This document shows positions 1 through 12,959 of a DNA stretch of 64,000 nucleotides, one piece after another; position 1 is the stretch's first letter, and each line of letters opens with the position of its first letter. The stretch comes from Chiloscyllium plagiosum (Eukaryota): assembly GCF_004010195.1 (NCBI RefSeq), contig NC_057711.1, forward strand, positions 81,543,366 through 81,607,365, written 5' to 3'. The notes below the pieces were generated by a model. That model was not told the origin of the DNA and made no database searches. It saw nothing but the letters and a program-made list of their open reading frames with translations. The translations under genes were made by a program, and so were the position numbers.

Positions 1-325
1 CAATCACCACCAGGACAGAGCCCCACTGGTTCTCACCTTCCACCCCACTACATCGTATTATCCTCCATCATTTCCGCCACCTCCAAACACATCCCACCAC
101 CATGGATATATTTCCCTCCCCACTCCTATCAGTGTTCCGGAAAGACCACTCCCTCCGCGACTCCCTCGTCAGGTCCACACCCCCCACCAACCCAACCTCC
201 ACTCCCGGCACCTTCCCCTGCAAGCGCAAGAAGTGCAAAACTTGCGCCCACATCTCCCCCCTCACCTCCCTCCAAGGCCCTAATGGATCCTTCCATATCC
301 GTCGCAAATTCACCTGCACCTCCAC
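1..325 (+). mobile_element. Penelope-like retroelement fragment (RT-to-GIY-YIG linker, Cys-rich), cut by assembly gap
   Basis: ORF 102.. reads DIFPSPLLSVFRKDHSLRDSLVRS...GTFPCKRKKCKTCAHI...FTCTS, typical of the linker preceding the Penelope GIY-YIG endonuclease. Confidence 0.85.
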
Positions 326-506
326 NNNNNNNNNNNNNNNNNNNNNNNNNNNNNNNNNNNNNNNNNNNNNNNNNNNNNNNNNNNNNNNNNNNNNNNNNNN
401 NNNNNNNNNNNNNNNNNNNNNNNNNNNNNNNNNNNNNNNNNNNNNNNNNNNNNNNNNNNNNNNNNNNNNNNNNNNNNNNNNNNNNNNNNNNNNNNNNNNN
501 NNNNNN
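326..506. other. Assembly gap (181 N)
   Basis: Run of N. Confidence 1.
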
Positions 507-549
507 CCCTACCTTTTATCTCAGCCCACTTGGCACACCAGCCTCATTC

Positions 550-577
550 CTGAAGAAGGGCTTATGCCCGAAACGTC
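550..577 (+). ncRNA. Minimal hammerhead-ribozyme-like motif in Penelope terminal repeat
   Basis: CTGAAGA-A-GGGC-TTAT-GCCC-GAAACGTC: CUGANGA and GAAA boxes flank a perfect 4-bp stem II, followed by palindromic ACGT. Confidence 0.7.
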
Positions 578-984
578 GATTCTCCTGCTCCTCGGATGCT
601 GCCTGGCCTGCTGTGTTTTTCCAGCACGACATTTTTCAACTAAGCCATTTGACACTCCAAGCCTGTTCACCATTCAAGATGACCATGGCTGATCATCCAA
701 TTCAGTACTGTTTTCCTACTTTCTTTCCATACCTTTTTGATCCTTTTATCCCTAAATTCCTGGAGGTATTGCACTACCTGGTTGATGCATGGAATAGACA
801 GAGCAAGCCCCTAGTCCATCCTTCTGCTCCATAAATCTATTAAATTTATGATCCCAGGAAAGGGAAATATCAGATATTAAACTGACAAGACCAGAAACGA
901 CACATCTTCTGAGCAAATGGGCAAGAAAGCAAACTGAATGCTGCCCATCAAATCTAAAGTTCCAAAGTATAATGATGCAGATGT

Positions 985-1545
985 TATTCCAAAACCGAGT
1001 TAGACCCTTCTTGGAATACTGTGTGCAGATCTGGGCAACACACCTTAGGAAGGATGCTTTGGAAAGAATTCAACATTAGATTATAAGGGTTATATCTGGA
1101 CTTCAGGGGATAAATTAGGAGGAGAGATTAGACAATTAGGTCTTTATTCTCTAGAATTTAGAAGATTAAGCATGATCTAATTGAGGTTTTCAGGATATTA
1201 ACAGAAAGACAGGGGAAATAAAGTTAAACTATATTCCATATTTGAAGATTATAGAACTAAGGTACATACTCTAAAAATTAGGGTCAGGCCATTCAGGAGA
1301 GAGATGTTAGAAAATACTTCCATATGCAAGGAATAGTGGAAGTTTGGAACTCACTTCTTGAAATGGTGGTTGATGCTAATTCAATTATTAAATTTAAATC
1401 TGAGATGGACAAGCTTTTATTAACAAGGGTATCAAGAGATCGTGACCCAATGTGGACATGTGGAGTTAGGCCACAGATCAGCTATGATCTTATTGAATGG
1501 TAGAGCAGGCTTGATGGGCTCAATGACCCACTCCTTTCCCTTTGT
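985..1545 (+). mobile_element. CR1 LINE 3' fragment (decayed)
   Basis: Decayed VRPxLEYCVQxW...LFSLExRRL coding remnant followed by a CR1-type 3' tail. Confidence 0.85.
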
Positions 1546-2189
1546 TTTTTGAAAAAGACCAGTTTATTCCTACTCTTGGTATCCTGTCTGCCACACAGCT
1601 CTCTATTCATGTCAGTATCGTTAAAAGATTTACATGCTCAGTATGCTGATGCTGCTTCCCTGTGTTATTTACACGAGTATCTTTCCTTATCTTTCTGACC
1701 AAATGGACATTTCCCTCCTTCAGCAGTTAAATAGAGACCTCCTGCATCATTACAAAAGAAAATTAACAATTTCTATAATCTCACAGCCTAATGGATAATC
1801 TCCAGTTTTTGTCCCATTTTTACCAAATAAGTCCTGCTTCCTATGGCTTTAAAGATTAAAGCCATTTACTTAAAAGCTTTCCTTATATGATTCATACTGT
1901 CCATATTGCTTCCAATAATGTCCATTGCCTTTAAATTTCAATGAAGGTTCCATTCACTTTAACTGCTTGACCAAATGAACACATTCTTCTTGCCTTAACT
2001 GTGATGTCAGTTATGGATCTTTTACTCTTCTTGCAGCTTCAATTGTCTGTTCACTTTCTTTTTCGATTATCAGCTCAGGCTTTTAATTTGCCCCTTGATT
2101 GCTTTAAATTCTGCTTTGCGATGTTCCTGGTGCTGCAACCTCAGTTTCAATTATTTCCATTCTCTTCAATATTCCTGATGACAATCATG

Positions 2190-2301
2190 GAGAAAGTGAA
2201 GAGTGCAGATGTTGAAGGGTCCTGCCTGAAATGTCGACTCTCCTGCTCTTCTGCTGCTGCTTGACCTGCTGTGTTTTTTCCAGATCCACATTTATCGACT
2301 T
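2190..2301 (+). mobile_element. Short Penelope-derived insertion with 12-bp TSD
   Basis: Same terminal sequence as 541-640; flanked by ATGACAATCATG at 2178-2189 and 2302-2313. Confidence 0.8.
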
Positions 2302-2684
2302 ATGACAATCATGCCTCATGGTGTCATCTCACTGGGGCAAAACACTTGCTCTGACTTGTAAGTATGTGTTGTACTTCTCGCTTTCTCAACCTGAAACTGC
2401 ATCTTTTCTTTAAAATATTCCCTGTGGTCATCAAGGTTTAGAACTTCGCTCACCAAGTCTCAGATCCCTCCTTGCTCACTGGGTGACCTCTGCACTGGCA
2501 CTCAATGCAATTTGTAACTATAAGGTGTGACTGGTGTTCTGGCACTACGTAACTTCTAGATCATGCTTCTACATTTCTCATACCAAATTAGAAATTCTTT
2601 TACCCTTGACTATAGATTCTGCCTTGTAAGAACTGACCATAAACATTTGTGCTGCAAGCTGCTTGATTGCTCATCTCCTACTGC

Positions 2685-2907
2685 TCAAGATTAGAGTGGT
2701 GCTGGAAAAGCACAGCAGGTCAGACAGCATCCGAGGAGCAGGAAAATCAACGTTTTGGGCAGGAGCCCATCATCAGATTCCTGATGAAGGGCTCCTGCCT
2801 GAAACGTCGATTTTCCTGCTCCTCAGATGCTGCCTGACCTGCTGTGCATTTCTAGCACCACTCTAATCTTGATTCTAGTCCGCAGTATCTGCAGTCCTCA
2901 CTTTCAC
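2685..2907. mobile_element. Penelope-derived fold-back insertion (92-bp arms, 4-nt loop) with hammerhead-like core
   Basis: 2685-2776 is the imperfect reverse complement of 2781-2872; CTGATGA...GAAACGTC at 2781-2808; flanks CATCTCCTAC(T/A)GCT at 2672-2685 and 2908-2921. Confidence 0.85.
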
Positions 2908-3579
2908 CATCTCCTACAGCTGCTGACTGTCTGCCTGAGTCAATCTTAAAGTTGTAACTGCTCATTTCTGCTGGGTTAAGTGAATAAACTCATTCTCTAC
3001 AACTAAATTAAGTTACAGATTACACTGTTGACTACCTTGTCAATGCCAACCACTGCCAACATATGGTTAGGTAGTTGGCCACCACCATCCTCCTTTTCTG
3101 ATGGGCTTTATAGAAAACCTTTGTTTGCGTAGAGGAAAAACATGAGATACTCTAATAAACGGAAGCACTTGTCTTAAACAAGATTAGATTTTACATAATA
3201 ACAATCAGGTACAAAACACTTTATAAGATGAATCTTAACCTTTCTGTCAAAATATGAATTGCGTTGGGATTTTTGAAAGGTGTTTCTCTGCAAGGCCCCT
3301 ATGAAGTTTTCTCACTGTATCTTACCAAACACAGCTTAATATCTACTTATCCTGCCCCTGTGGCATCCATCATGTCCAATTCCAGCTCCATCTCACCATG
3401 TGTTATTCCCAGAACATATCAACAATCTACAGGTATCCATTGAAAGATTAGCATCCCTTGCAGCCATTCCATTTTTTTTTAAAGGCTGCTATGCAACCGG
3501 ATGAACATTAGTGTTCCAAAGCTGCTTCACTCAAGGACACTGGCAGAAGATGTTGGAAAACAGGGAGGATGCATGATAA

Positions 3580-4140
3580 TTCTCCAACAGGGACCTGAAG
3601 GAGCTTGTGCAAAACAATGGGCTGAAACTTCCCAGAGGACTGGTAGAGGAGGCTGAGCCACCAGAATCTGGCAACTTGGTCTGAAAAAGCCATACGGGTA
3701 AGTGCCATCTCTGTGATATAAAGCAATAGTCAACAGTTCTGCAAGAACCTTAACATGCAGGGTAACTATCACAACTTTCTCTCTGCCACCTGACAGTCAC
3801 TCTGTCTCTGCTGCTACACTCAGCACCCACCAAGACTCATTCTGCCAGTCTCATTATGGCCTGCAACATCTTATCTCACCCATTGTCAACCACCACCACC
3901 CACCCCACCAACACTCTTAATGATAATCCAAATGTCCTCTGCACCTCTTACTCATTCACCCAGTGCAACTTCTGTTAATCTGTATCAACACTAAGAGTTG
4001 TATTATCCACTTTGATTACCATTCAATCTCTCCCTTACTCTCATTCCAGGAGAAGATAGCCCACAACAAGGCAGAGCGATCCCATATGGGTGGAGGGATA
4101 CACAACATTAGGTTCCTCACCCTAAATGAGTAGAGAATCC
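3580..4140 (+). mobile_element. PIF/Harbinger Myb/SANT-like gene remnant with intron
   Basis: Frameshifted FSNRDLKELV...TWSEKAIRVSAISVI*SNSQQFCKNLN, GT..AG intron about 3762-4049, then EKIAHNKAERSHMGGG. Confidence 0.65.
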
Positions 4141-4251
4141 TGAGTCCTCCCATGGAAAGATGGGAACCTCTCCTGCAGAGATGCCAAAACATCCATGTCC
4201 CCTCAAATGACTAAGTACCACTTTTCATTCCACTCTCCTGTTAATCACATT

Positions 4252-5890
4252 GTCATAGAGTTATAGAGTCATAGAGTCCTACAGCACGGAGACTAGCCCT
4301 TCAGCCCAAACTGGTCCATGCCGACCAAAATGTCAGTCCATGCTAACCCCATTTCCTTGCACTTGGCCATATCCTTCTAATCCTTTCCTATCTATGTATT
4401 TGTCCAAATGCCTTTTAAATGTTGTTAATGTACCCACCTCAACCACTTCCAATGGCAGCTCATTCTATGTGTACCACCCTCTGTGTAAAAATGTTGCTCC
4501 TCAGGTTCCCTTTTATTTTTTTCCCCTCTAACCTTAAAATGATGCCCTCTAGTCCTCAATATCCCTACACGGGAAATAAGTGAGTGCATTCACCCTATCC
4601 ATGCCTCTCATGATTTTATACACCTCGATAAGGTCCCCCTAAGTCCCCAATACTCTGAAGAAAAAAGTCCTAGCTTGTCCAACCTCTCTCTATAACTCAG
4701 ACCCTCGAGTCCTGGCAACATCCTTGTAATTTTTTTCTGAGATCTTTCCAGTTTACTAATATCCTTCCTAGAACAAGGTGACCAAAACCAAACACAATAT
4801 TTCAAGCACAGCTTCACCAATGTCTGTATAATTTTTTTCTGAGATCTTTCCAGTTTACTAATATCCTTCCTAGAACAAGGTGACCAAAACCAAACACAAT
4901 ATTTCAAGCGCAGCTTCACCAATGTCCTGTATAACTGCAACGTAACTTCCTAATCTATACTCAATGCCCTGACTGATGAAGGCCAGTGTGCCAAAAACCT
5001 TCTTCACTGCCCTGTCTACCTGTGACTTCACTTTCAGCGAACTGTGAACCTGAACTCCAAGATCCCTCTGTTCCACTACACTCCTTAAGGCCCTACCATT
5101 CACCATGAAATTTCTACCATGATTTGACTTTCCAAAATGCAAGACCTCACATTTATCTACGTTAAACTCCATTTGCCATTTCTTGGCCCACTTCCCCAGT
5201 TGATCGAGGTCCTGTTGCAGTTTCTAATAATCTTCCTCACTGTCCACGATACCACCTATTTTAGTATCATCAGCAAACTTACTAATCATGCTTTGTACAT
5301 TCTCATCCAAATCATTGATATAGATAACAAACAGTAGTGGGTCCAGCACTGACCCCTGAGACACTCCTCTAGTCACATGCCTCCAGTCTGACAAGCATCC
5401 TTCCATTATTACCCTCTGCTTCCTACTATCAGGCCAATTTTGTATCCAATTTGCCAGTTCACCCTGGATTCCATGCAATCTAACCAGCCAGAGCAGCCTA
5501 CCATGTGGAACCTTATCAATGACCTTCCTGAAAGACTACATCCACTGCGCTGCCCTGGTCAACCTTCCTGGTCACTTCATCAAAGAACTCTAGCAAATTT
5601 GTGTGGCATGATCTCCCACTCACAAAGCCGACTTTGCTGACTACTCCTAATCCAACCCTGTCTTTGCATGTATATCTTATCCCTCAGAATCTTCTCAAGT
5701 AACCTACCCACCACAGATGTTAAGCTTACTGGACCATAGTTCCCAGGCTTTTCTTTGCAGAATAATGGCACAACATTCGCTACTCTTCAGTTTTCCAGGA
5801 TTACACCTTGGCTAATATTGCAAAAATATCAGCCAGGGACCCCACAATTTCTTCTTTCGCATTTTGCAGTGTTCTTGGACATATCTGGCC
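4252..5890 (-). mobile_element. CR1 LINE, 5'-truncated, RT region, decayed
   Basis: ORF fragments KPGNYGPVSLTSVVG, GVSQGSVLDPLLFVIYIND, SKFADDTK, MEFNVDKCEVLHFG; short tandem-repeat tail near 4252; internal 102-bp tandem duplication 4727-4931. Confidence 0.95.
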
Positions 5891-6599
5891 AGGTAAGTTA
5901 TCTCAGAGCAGGATGATGACTGAGATGGGGCAATCACATAACTTTGTTGGACTCTGGTCTGTATCTTCAGATTCTCCATTCTGCACAGTGGTGGTCACAC
6001 AGGAGTCTCAAAATGGTGATGAATCTCAGTCGGCAACCAAACACTAGAGAAAGATTCATTGGGCTTCATGATTTAGTGAGGATGTCGTGAGCATGTCTCT
6101 CAATGGTTTACTACAGGCAGCTTAAGATAGACCAAGGATCAAAAATAAATGACACTATTACCTGTGAAGTCCACATCCAGTGAATGAATGGCAATGAAGG
6201 ATTCGTTTTCCTGCACCATATTGGCATAAATCTGCAGGAATAAGGTCTAGTTTGTATGTGACATAGCACTGGGTGTTTACATATTTTTAAAGGGTATTGT
6301 GTGACTTCAGTTAATTGGATTTGATTCACAATATCTGGCTCAATCAGCATTTTCAGTTCACACACTAAGCATTTAATCAGTGTCACTCTACATTAGAATA
6401 TGTAAACTGGCATTAATATCGCCCAAGGGAGTTTTCATGCTTGGACTACCATTTTTAACATGACAGTAGTCATTCTAAAAATTGCCACTCAGAGTATAGG
6501 CCTCACAATCATTCTCCCACAGGGCCTTAATAATTGTTACTTTAATGATGTATGTTAATTCAGTGGCACTGTCAAGCTCGATAACTTTTCTAATTCATT

Positions 6600-6711
6600 T
6601 CCTTCAATTGCATCAGCATTCAACTTTTAAACTATTTTGAAGCAGAAATTACAAGATCTTTTATTAATTCTAATTCACTGAACTATTTGATTGCAAAAAG
6701 TCATGCAGCAT
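6600..6711 (-). pseudogene. Candidate last coding exon (3' boundary unknown)
   Basis: Strong acceptor ttttgttttctgttccttcatattgcag; one frame reads DAA*LFAIK*FSELELIKDLVISASK. Confidence 0.4.
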
Positions 6712-6847
6712 CTGCAATATGAAGGAACAGAAAACAAAAGTTAAATGAACTTCAAATTGCACATCAGTACAGCAAATGAGGGAAATTTAAGATCAAAAAG
6801 AGCAGCAACTAGAAATGCTCTCGTGGCCTTCATATCAGATATATTCT

Positions 6848-6967
6848 TCATTTATCGAATGCTGCATACAGCTGATCAGAATTTTTATTTTTCAAAAATG
6901 ATCCAAGAGTTTCTTTTTGTCCATCTGTTACATAGATCTTTTCACCAGAGTGTAACAGAACCTTGAT
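6848..6967 (-). pseudogene. Candidate exon IKVLLHSGEKIYVTDGQKETLGSFLKNKNSDQLYAAFDK*
   Basis: Acceptor aatttcag; 39 open codons; IYVTD resembles the (I/V)(Y/F)xATD motif of GT-B fucosyltransferases; possible donor CT|gtatgc at 6870. Confidence 0.6.
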
Positions 6968-7414
6968 CTGAAATTCATCAATACACATCAAAACTATTAA
7001 TTATGCAAATGTTAGACAAAATGAACACATAATAATGAATATACAATAGCCAAATAACATCTTATAATAATATAATGACCCAACATGCAAATGACCAAGA
7101 AAAATGGAGTGAAGATAAACAAAATGTTATTTGTGCATGTCATTGCACACATGCATGTATGAAGAAAAATAATATTTTCCCTTTTATGCTCAGCAACAGC
7201 ATTGGGCACTTTTAAATTGACAAATGATTCAAGTCACCTCAGCATTGGAAAAATATGCTAGAAGTTACTTCTTACATCCATATACTTAACTAAACCAGGA
7301 CAAAAAGAGTTTCAGTCAGCAGGAGTTAGAGGAGAGATTGAGCTCTAATTTTGGAGAATGAATGATAAACTTAACAGTTTGCAGGAAACATCAGTGACTT
7401 GTGTAGTTTTGTAC

Positions 7415-7558
7415 CTTGCCAAACTGTTGCATTCAGACTTCCTCCAGGAGTAGTTCACAACTTCAGTACTTTATTTGGTATTGCTATCTCAATTCCACTT
7501 CAGGAATCTCCTTCTCCTCTCAAAGTTCCAATCTTTTTCTTTCTTTCTTTGCAATTGT
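7415..7558 (-). pseudogene. Candidate 144-nt exon, TIAKKERKRL...RRGDF-like...QQFGK
   Basis: Acceptor tttaacag, donor AAG|gtacaa, phase 0-0 matching both neighbours; gagaggagaaggagattcctgaagtgg is two single-base indels from xRRGDFLKW. Confidence 0.55.
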
Positions 7559-8309
7559 CTGTTAAATTTAGTGTGAAACAATAACAGATATTGTATTCTG
7601 TCAACAAGTCTCACTGGTAGCTGCTATTGCCAACATTAATTTCACATATAAGAAGCATTAAGGGGAATATCTAAATGCAGGACCACCTGCAAATCTCAGA
7701 TGGTATCATGCTAAAGTTGTCAGCTCTACTGTATTCAGAGTGAATCCCAAGTCTCAGGCTGGAACTTATGGACACTTTGTGGTACTCGCCTGACTAGAGA
7801 GTCTGAGTCACACTGCCTCCTCCAGGAAGGCCATCGGTATTAAGTGACACTCCACTCAAACACTTAAGTGGCCAGCAACAGGCCTTTGTTGTGATGGGTA
7901 GAAACACACTAATTCGTCAAACACTGCTGGTTGATTAGAGCTCAGCAGCTCTTTTGAATGGCAGAATGACTGCAGAGGCCATGACAGCTTACAAAGCTAA
8001 ACCCACTAGAGGCCCAAGATCAAAGGACTGACTCAGGACCCAGATTAGAAATAGGGGAAAGGATTTTGCAGGAAAGGGAGAGAGGTGTGTTCAGGTTAAT
8101 AGGTTCTGTTGCTCTGTGATAAGGCTGTTCATCTCCAGTCAGGGTTTGACTATAATTCTTCCTGACCTCTGCTCCAAACACAATTTGAACAGCTTTCTCT
8201 AAAGTTCAATTGTCTTTGGACTGTAAGAGACCTGACAAAGACTGATCAAATGTTCCTTTAACCATTCTATCTGTTATGACTTCTGAATGCAAGGATTCAC
8301 AATTTTGTT

Positions 8310-8530
8310 TTATTCATTCACGTGATGAGGGCATCATTGGTTCAGCCAGCATTTATTGCCCAGCGGGCAGTTAAAAGTCAACCACATTGTTGTGGGTCTG
8401 GAATCACATGTAGGCCAGACCAAGTAAAGATGACAGTCTCCTTCTCTAAAGGGCATTAGTGAGGCAGGTGGATTTTCCTCCACAATTGACAATGGATTCA
8501 TGGTCATCATTAGACTCTTAATTCCAGCCT
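8310..8530 (-). mobile_element. tRNA-derived SINE fragment (family also at 46853-47193, 50527-50830, 60119-60457)
   Basis: Shared gtcaaccacattg...gtcacatgtaggccagacc block; the tRNA-like head is seen in the longer copies. Confidence 0.75.
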
Positions 8531-10354
8531 TTTAAAATTAAAATTGTCTGTATATTCTAGCTGAATTTTCTCAACTATCAGCTAAATTTCGATTTAGAAG
8601 TATTTCTCTTGAGCTCTAACAAGTTGTCTTACGCAATTCTTTGCTGCTTACCTCATTATGTGTGCACCATGCGTCTGTGGCATCCGTTCATACCCTAACC
8701 AGCACTTCCCAGCAGCAGGAATGATGACATCTATCAGGATTTATGCCGCCGGTGCCATATTTAAATCCCCATTGTTTTCCAGTTCAGTCACTGCAAACCA
8801 CGAATAGTCCTTCACCATACACAAAATGGAAGGGAATTAATAAAGAAAAGCTTCTGAAGGCACATAGGTGGCAGAAATGACTCTTCATTGAAAACAGAAA
8901 TGCATATTCATAAATTTACTGCTATTTTACAAAAATACCTATCTCAATTTCATGATAATCGCAACTGCAGCCTCAAAAATCGAGATACAAGGCTACCCAT
9001 CCTTAGTGTCATACCATGATCAAACCCCTCTAAGGGACTGCTTACTCTTTCCCTCAAGCCCAGCATAGCATAACATCTCATCATTGTTCTGGACTGACCA
9101 TGGCCCAGTTCCATAATTCACTGAGAGGGACAAACGGATAAATGATCAGATTCCTGATGAATGTCTATGCTGTTCCTGACTGATTTGTTGTACTGGATGT
9201 GCAGGACAGTGGCCTACTTCCCAGACAGTGATGGGAACGAACTCATAGTCTGACACCCTAACTATGTCCAAATCTTTGGATTAATATCAGATGCCCATGA
9301 CTGACTGTGCAGAGACTCCTTGGTTGACAGTAATCCCCCTGACTTGACTGAGGATTACTCCCCTCAGACTTTCAAACATGGTCCTTTGGTTGAAGTACAT
9401 TCTGTGTGTTTGCTGAATCAGCTGCTGGCACATGCCGCAGGTATGATGTTGATACAGCACATTGCCATAAAATAACATGTCCATCCTTTTGACGAATTAC
9501 TGCTGACAACTATGACAAGCTTCTCTGCGCATCTTTCCTCCGGGTCTGGCTGCCTTTTTGATTCGGGGAACGGTTACTAAGTTATTACCATTACCATGTG
9601 CCCAGGCTGATTGACAACTGTTTAAAAATAGCTGCAAGTGGGCCTGCTAATCCTTTCATGATATGGTAATGGTCTTAAAGTGATGACTCACTTGTCTACA
9701 AAAACATTTTCTTTGTTTCATTTAGTTTTTCTTAGTTATTTTCACTGTTAATCTCTTCTAAACTTTACATGACATGTCTGCCACTGCCAGCATGTGGTAT
9801 TATAAAGTGATGCACATTGCTGATGCAACGAGATATTCTGGTGTGATGTCGAGATACCAATTGCTGGTGGTTTGTGATTGGGATAGACTGCTGTTGCCAA
9901 TCCTCCTTCCTAATTAGTTATTCAGTCATCTGTAGTAGAGGGTATACCACAAATCAGTTTCAAGCAGAAGAGTCTTAGATGTCAAGGTGTAGTTTATTCA
10001 TAGATTGCATTAATTGTTATTAGCTATTACTAACAAAAGTTAGGGGAGAAACATATGACCCCTCCCTTTGCCAAACTCCAACTGATTTGTCACCCCGAGG
10101 CAGCAATAACATCATCAGACTGGGTGGAGCTCAGTACAGCTCAATTGCTAACTTTTTCAGAACCATTACCTTATAGAACAGCCCATAAATTATTTTAACA
10201 TCATCACACATCAACTTTCAACTTGACACATCACTACATTCTCCTGCTCACCAGCAGGACATCACTACAAGGCCTTTCATTCAGCCAGCAACATGCTTGT
10301 TCTGCCCCATCTCCTCATTGGACTGTGCTCGCAGAAAGGCAATGTCTTAAACAA

Positions 10355-10460
10355 ATGGAGAAAATGCTGGAGAAACTCAGTAGGTCTGACAGCATCTGTG
10401 GAGAGAGAAGCAAAGTTAATGATTTGTGTCCAGTAAGACTCTTTTTTTCAGTTCTGATTT
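10355..10460 (-). mobile_element. Penelope-type terminal repeat fragment (decayed)
   Basis: Reverse complement reads ...ctctctccacagatgctgtcagacctactgagtttctccagcatttt, similar to 17310-17410 and 25005-25082. Confidence 0.6.
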
Positions 10461-11079
10461 TCATCCAATGCTGATTTTAAAATCTGTCCCAATCCTCAGG
10501 CTAACTATACTGGTTAGCAACATAGTCAGCCTCTTCTTTTGATCTTAATCCTTAAATCTTATAATTAGCCTCAATGACATACTTTTTTCCCTCTGGAGAT
10601 TTCATTCATTTAGGGAAAGTATATTCATTGAGAATTGTGAATTATGACTGAAGCTTCCCATATTTTGGCAAAGAGTCAACCACTTTATTGAGTTTCATGG
10701 AGGGTTTCCGTTCATGAACTCTGACAACTTTTCTCATGCAATCTTTGTCTGCTCTCATTGGTACTACATATCTAGGCTTCATGGCACCCTACTCATACAG
10801 TTCTCAGGTCAGCAGAGGCAGAGGTGCTCACCAGTGACAAGACCATATAGCATTCATACCACTAATGTTATTTTTAATGTCATCTGCACATAATTTAACA
10901 TGCAAGCTTGAGACTGTCTGTTGCTCATCCACAATCCAAAAAAAAAGGCAGAAGAAAGTAAATGACCATTCCACTTCATGGATTCCCAGAGGGTTGTTCT
11001 CTTTTTCTTGGACTGCCAGGAGAGACAATGGCACTGCCTGCTGACTGTCTGAGTCAAGAAGAGTCAGCATGGCTTCACA

Positions 11080-12890
11080 AAGGGGAAATCAAGCCTGGCA
11101 AATTTATTAAAACTCTTGAGGAGATAACAAGAAGGATAGATAAAGGAGAAGCAGTGGATTTACAAAAGGCATTTCATAAGCTACCAGATATTAGACTACT
11201 TCAAATTAGATGACTAATATCAATGCTCATATATTACCTTCAGCACCTACTTCATGGTGCTGGAGGTAGTATATTAGCATTGATAGAGGATTGGCTAAAT
11301 AATAGAAGACAGAGAGTTGGGACATTGGTTCGTCCGCATTTAGAATACTGTGTACAGTTCTGGTCGCTTCATTACCAAAACGATGTAGACGCTTTGGAGA
11401 GGGTGCAAAGATGATTTACGAGGATGTTGCCTGGTATGGAAGGTGCTAGCTATGAAGTGAGGTTGAGTAGGTTAGGTTTATTTTCACTAGAAAAAAGGAG
11501 ATTGAGGGGAGACCTGATTGAGGTTTACAAAATTATGAAGGGTATAGACAGGGTGGATAGAGACAAGCTTTTTCCCAGGGTGAAAGATTCAATAACCAGA
11601 GGTCATGCTTTCAAGGTGAGAGGTGGAAAGTTTAAGGGGGATACACATGGCAAGTACTTCATACAGAGGGTGGTGGACGTTTGGAACGCGTTGCCAGCAG
11701 AGGCGGTAGAGGCAGGCATGGTAGATTCATTTAAGATGCATCTAGACAGATGCATGAGTAGGTTCGGAGCAGAGGGATACAAATGCTTAGGAATTGACTG
11801 ACAAGTTTATACAGTTCATTTGGATCGGCTCAGGCTTGGAGGGCCAAAGGGCCTGTTCCTGGGCTGTAAATTTTCTTTGTTCTTCTTCTTTGTGAGATAA
11901 GGGAGCCATTTTCAGATGACAACCTGTAACTAGTGGTATGTCACAGGGATCAATGTTGGAGCCACAATTGTTTGCAATGTACAATAACTTGAATGAGGAA
12001 AGTGAATGTATAACAGTCAAATTTGTGGATAATTATAATAGATGGAAAAGCAAGTTGTGAGTTTGACACAAAGAGTTTGCAGAGGGATATCGCCAGGTAA
12101 TGCAGGAGGGCAAAAATTTGGCAGATGGAAAATAATGTGAGAAAATGAGATGTTATGCATTTTAACAGGAAGAATAAAGGAGCTGAATATTATTTAAATC
12201 GAGGAAGACTGCAGAAAGCGACAGCATACAGAGATTTGGGAGTCCTTGTACTTGAGTCACAAAAAGCTACCGTACGTGTTCAGTGGGTAACAGGGAAGGT
12301 AAATGGATGTTGGTGTTTATTTCAAAGGGGATTGGGTATAAAGAATAGGGAGATTGTGCTAAAACTGTAAAAGGCACTAATCAGGCCACAGTTGGAATAT
12401 TGTGAACACTTTGAGTTCCTTTCCAAAGAAAAAATATACGGGGGTGTTACAGGAGGTTCACAAGACTGATCCAAGATATGGAGGAGAGATTGAGCAGGTT
12501 GAGCCCAAACTCATTGGAGTATAGAAGAATAAGAGGTAACATTATTGAAATGTATAAAATTCTTCGAGAACTTGGTAGGGTGGAAGCAGAAATGCTGTTT
12601 CCTTTTTTTGAAGAGTCTAGGGCCACAAATGGACAGAATAAGTTGCCCAGAGAGGAGGAAGAATTTATTCTCTTACAGGGTTGTGAATCTGTGGAATACT
12701 TTCTCACAGAGGGCTGTGAGGCTGGGTCATTTATAATATTCAATACTAAGGTAGATTTTTAATCTGTAAGGAAACCAAGATTTATGGAGAAAAAGCAGGA
12801 AAGCGGAGTTGAGGATTATCAGATCAACCATGATCTCATTGAATGACAGAGCAGAGTAACCTACTTCTGATCCTCCACCTAATGGTCTAA
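11080..12890 (+). mobile_element. Old CR1 RT/3' fragment with a younger CR1 3' fragment nested at about 11320-11891
   Basis: Host reads DLQKAFHKLP...IEDWLNNRRQRVG and resumes near 11895; insert reads LVRPHLEYCVQFWS...LFSLEKRRLRGDLIEVYKI with its own tail. Confidence 0.9.
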
Positions 12891-12959
12891 TTAATGAGAT
12901 GCAAATGCACATAAATACAGTCCTTGCTGCATGCTAGTGAGGTACTCATCTAAATTGAA

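Noticed and set aside
102..834. 196-aa and 183-aa ORFs as real proteins
   Set aside because: Their length is an artefact of reading through the N gap.
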